Source of the DNA: Acidobacteria bacterium RIFCSPLOWO2_02_FULL_65_29
Lineage (GTDB): Bacteria; Acidobacteriota; Vicinamibacteria; Vicinamibacterales; CAVVIG01
NCBI GenBank assembly: GCA_001767435.1
Contig: MEKT01000037.1
Location: 25,840 to 89,839, forward strand
DNA length: 64,000 nucleotides
Direction of reading: 5' to 3'
This document shows positions 62,071-64,000 of this stretch, in pieces. Under the pieces are notes generated by a model. That model saw only the letters and a list, made by a program, of their open reading frames with translations, had not been told where the DNA came from and searched no databases. Numbering within the stretch: position 1 is the stretch's first letter; each line of letters starts with the position of its first letter. The position numbers were made by a program, and so were the translations under genes.

Positions 62071-62813
62071 CGGTGGGCCCCGATCGACACGAGCCAGTCG
62101 GCGACTGCGTCGAGGTTCCACTCGGACCACGCGCGCCGCTCGCTCTCACGAAAGATTCGCCGAATCTCCAAATGCTGGTCGCCAATCGACTGCTCGGCGT
62201 CCACCGTCATGAAATTGAAAATGATTGCGAGCGACTCGTACTCCCGAATGATGCGTTGGATGAACTGCTTGTAGCTCTCGACCGGATCGATCTTCTCGGT
62301 CACGTCCTGGCCGGCCTCGTAGAACCCTGGCGTGCGCGTCGTCGTCACGCGCTGTCTGGACGTGTCCGCCGTCACCGCAAAGTAGAAGACGATGTCGGGC
62401 CAGAGGAGCGGCTGATAGAGCCGCAGCACCCAGTCCAGATCGAGTCCGCGCGCCACGTCGCGCGCCAGGCCCGTGAACAGAAAGCGGTCGGCGATGACGA
62501 GCTTGCCCTCCCAGAGGGCGGGAAGCATCACGCGCTCGACACGGTGGCGGAAGTCGGCCGCGTGCAGCAGGGAGAATTCCTCGGGCCCGAGGGACCTCGC
62601 GGATTTCCTCGCCTTGATGATTGGTTTGATGAGCGTCGACGAGTTCCATTTCGTGGTCACGACGTCGTAGCCTTCGGTTTCCAGCCACTTCTTGAACAGC
62701 TTCCGCTGCGTCGTCTTGCCAGAGCCGTCTGGACCCTCGAAGGCCACGAGCAAGCCCCGGCGGCGCCCGGGATCGCCGAAGCGCGCGCGCGCGCGCTGCC
62801 GGACGTTGCTCAT
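62067..62813 (-). CDS. Thymidylate-kinase-family P-loop protein
   Basis: LLVAFEGPDGSGKTTQ P-loop and the ADRF (DRY-like) motif. Start trimmed to MSNVRQR. Confidence 0.7.
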   Translation of the reverse strand: MSNVRQRARARFGDPGRRRGLLVAFEGPDGSGKTTQRKLFKKWLETEGYDVVTTKWNSSTLIKPIIKARKSARSLGPEEFSLLHAADFRHRVERVMLPALWEGKLVIADRFLFTGLARDVARGLDLDWVLRLYQPLLWPDIVFYFAVTADTSRQRVTTTRTPGFYEAGQDVTEKIDPVESYKQFIQRIIREYESLAIIFNFMTVDAEQSIGDQHLEIRRIFRESERRAWSEWNLDAVADWLVSIGAHR

Positions 62814-62901
62814 GGCGCTAGGGTGGCTTTCATCGACGTCGACGACCTGTCGACTGTGAACTGTCAACTGTCGACTTCGCTACGAGGAAGTGCAAAGCGA
62901 T

Positions 62902-63990
62902 TTAATAGTAGTACACCGGCAGGTCCACGATGACGCGCCGGCGAATGAGCTCGTCGAGGGCCGGCGGCCGCCCGCCGGCCTCGAGGGCCTGCAACAGGGA
63001 GGCGTCCACGGTGGTCTCCTCGGGCAGGTAGTGGCGGCACCCGCCGTACTCGGCCTCGTAATCCTCCGACGGGAATCGGAGGCGCAGCTGCAGCCGGCCG
63101 CCCGCGCGCGTCGTTTCGTACAACGGGTTGATGCGGTACGTGCCGCGCAGCGCGCGGGGGTGATCCACCGTATGGGGTTCGAACACGCCGGGATGCCGGG
63201 TGGCGATGATCGTCAAGCCCGGGTCGGCGTCGAGTGCCTGTTCCGGGTCGCGTCTGGCGAGATCGACGACGCCGCGCGAGACCACGTCCGAGAAGAGGCC
63301 CGCGGCACCAAACAGACGCGGTTGAAGCGTCTCGAACAAGTCGCGATACCCAGAGGGCGGCAACGGCTGCCCCTGCGAGGGGCTCCACGCCTGGGCGTTC
63401 CGCGTATGGTTGATGGCCACCGCGCCGTTTCCCCGATCGCCGTCGATGGCGCGAATCAGTTCGCCGACGAACTGGCGCTTGGTCCAGATGTACTGAAACG
63501 CGTCGGCGCACATCGCAAACCCGAAGGCCCCGCGCACGAACGGCAGCGGCGCATTGGCGTCGCAGCAGACCGGTTCGCACCCCGGCGCCGTGAACCGGCG
63601 CGCCAGCCAGACCTTCACGAAATAGAGGTCGGCCAGGACGGGAGGTCCGGACGACAAATCGAGGAGCGATCGGGTGAGGTGGCCCGATCCGCCGCAGACG
63701 TCGAGCGCGCGGCGCCCGTCCAGTACCGTTCGCGCGACCGCGCGCACCACGGCATCTGCCACGACGTAGGTCGGGTCCGAGAAGCGGTAGAGAAAGTAGC
63801 CGCCTTCGAACCCCTCGCCGAGCGACTCGGCGAGGTCTCGATACGTGGCCGTGGCACAGGAGGCGACGGCCTCGAATCTGGCCGCGGCAGCCTCGTCGTC
63901 GAGCCCGATCATCGCGCGAAGCGCCAGGGCCGGCCGTCCGGCTTCGAGGTGCGCGCGCGCGGCGATGGCCGCCGGCTGCAGATGGAGCAC
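62902..63990 (-). CDS. Class I SAM-dependent methyltransferase-like protein (N-terminus may extend past the window end)
   Basis: Motif I ALDVCGGSGHLT. 362-aa ORF reaching within 10 nt of the window edge. Confidence 0.65.
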   Translation of the reverse strand: MLHLQPAAIAARAHLEAGRPALALRAMIGLDDEAAAARFEAVASCATATYRDLAESLGEGFEGGYFLYRFSDPTYVVADAVVRAVARTVLDGRRALDVCGGSGHLTRSLLDLSSGPPVLADLYFVKVWLARRFTAPGCEPVCCDANAPLPFVRGAFGFAMCADAFQYIWTKRQFVGELIRAIDGDRGNGAVAINHTRNAQAWSPSQGQPLPPSGYRDLFETLQPRLFGAAGLFSDVVSRGVVDLARRDPEQALDADPGLTIIATRHPGVFEPHTVDHPRALRGTYRINPLYETTRAGGRLQLRLRFPSEDYEAEYGGCRHYLPEETTVDASLLQALEAGGRPPALDELIRRRVIVDLPVYYY

Positions 63991-64000
63991 CGGAATGCCG

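Noticed and set aside
1-64000. tRNA, rRNA, riboswitch, transposase, integrase and prophage genes
   Set aside because: I scanned the intergenic spacers by eye. None shows cloverleaf-compatible arms, rRNA-like conservation or recognisable riboswitch cores, and no ORF has transposase or integrase motifs. Structured RNAs cannot be excluded without covariance-model searches (Infernal/Rfam, tRNAscan-SE).

Overview
High-GC (roughly 60-68% by eye), gene-dense bacterial chromosomal window with about 55 supportable CDS on both strands. I saw no rRNA, tRNA, CRISPR array, transposase or phage genes. The gene content looks like a soil Acidobacteriota/Gemmatimonadota-type genome, but that is inference only: paired M16 peptidases, a DUF1800/DUF1501 pair, bshB1-bshA, CotH, a giant secreted protein with BACON-like modules, and word-like intergenic repeats. 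Ordinary content, in order: M61 peptidase fragment, FAD-linked oxidase, Na+/solute symporter, a fimT/pilV/pilW/pilX-like minor-pilin operon, a collagen-like secreted protein, two M16 peptidases, purE, an MFS transporter, M20 amidase, metallophosphoesterase, pepF, YeeE/YedE, GNAT, a serine hydrolase, ada, bshB1-bshA, a large LmbE-like protein, a geranylgeranyl-reductase-like flavoprotein, methyltransferases, an SDR and an AAA ATPase. The stand-out is a translationally coupled operon at about 17.4-25.1 kb plus a convergent gene ending at 26.2 kb. It encodes three paralogous radical SAM enzymes, a UPF0489-like/TPR/PqqD fusion ORF, an HPr-kinase-like P-loop protein, a 72-aa Cys-containing candidate precursor peptide behind a strong GGAGG, a SipW/Sec11-type (S26B-like) serine peptidase, a SAM methyltransferase and a PF14907-like nucleotidyltransferase. 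This has the logic of a RiPP or peptide-derived-cofactor pathway. It combines lasso-peptide-style leader and tailoring parts (a YxxPxI leader motif, PqqD, kinase, nucleotidyltransferase, C-terminal Ser) with radical SAM chemistry, and it lacks any lasso cyclase or exporter. One radical SAM gene carries an in-frame 162-bp MITE-like insertion, and a second copy of that element sits just upstream of the operon promoter. Secondary points of interest: a STAS-DUF4956/PLD/OprP-like porin/CotH cluster, an overlapping pair of thymidylate-kinase-like genes (one with a degenerate P-loop), and an unusual vocabulary of short-word repeat arrays that fills most intergenic spacers. All family names come from reading the translations and from memory. 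No database search was run.
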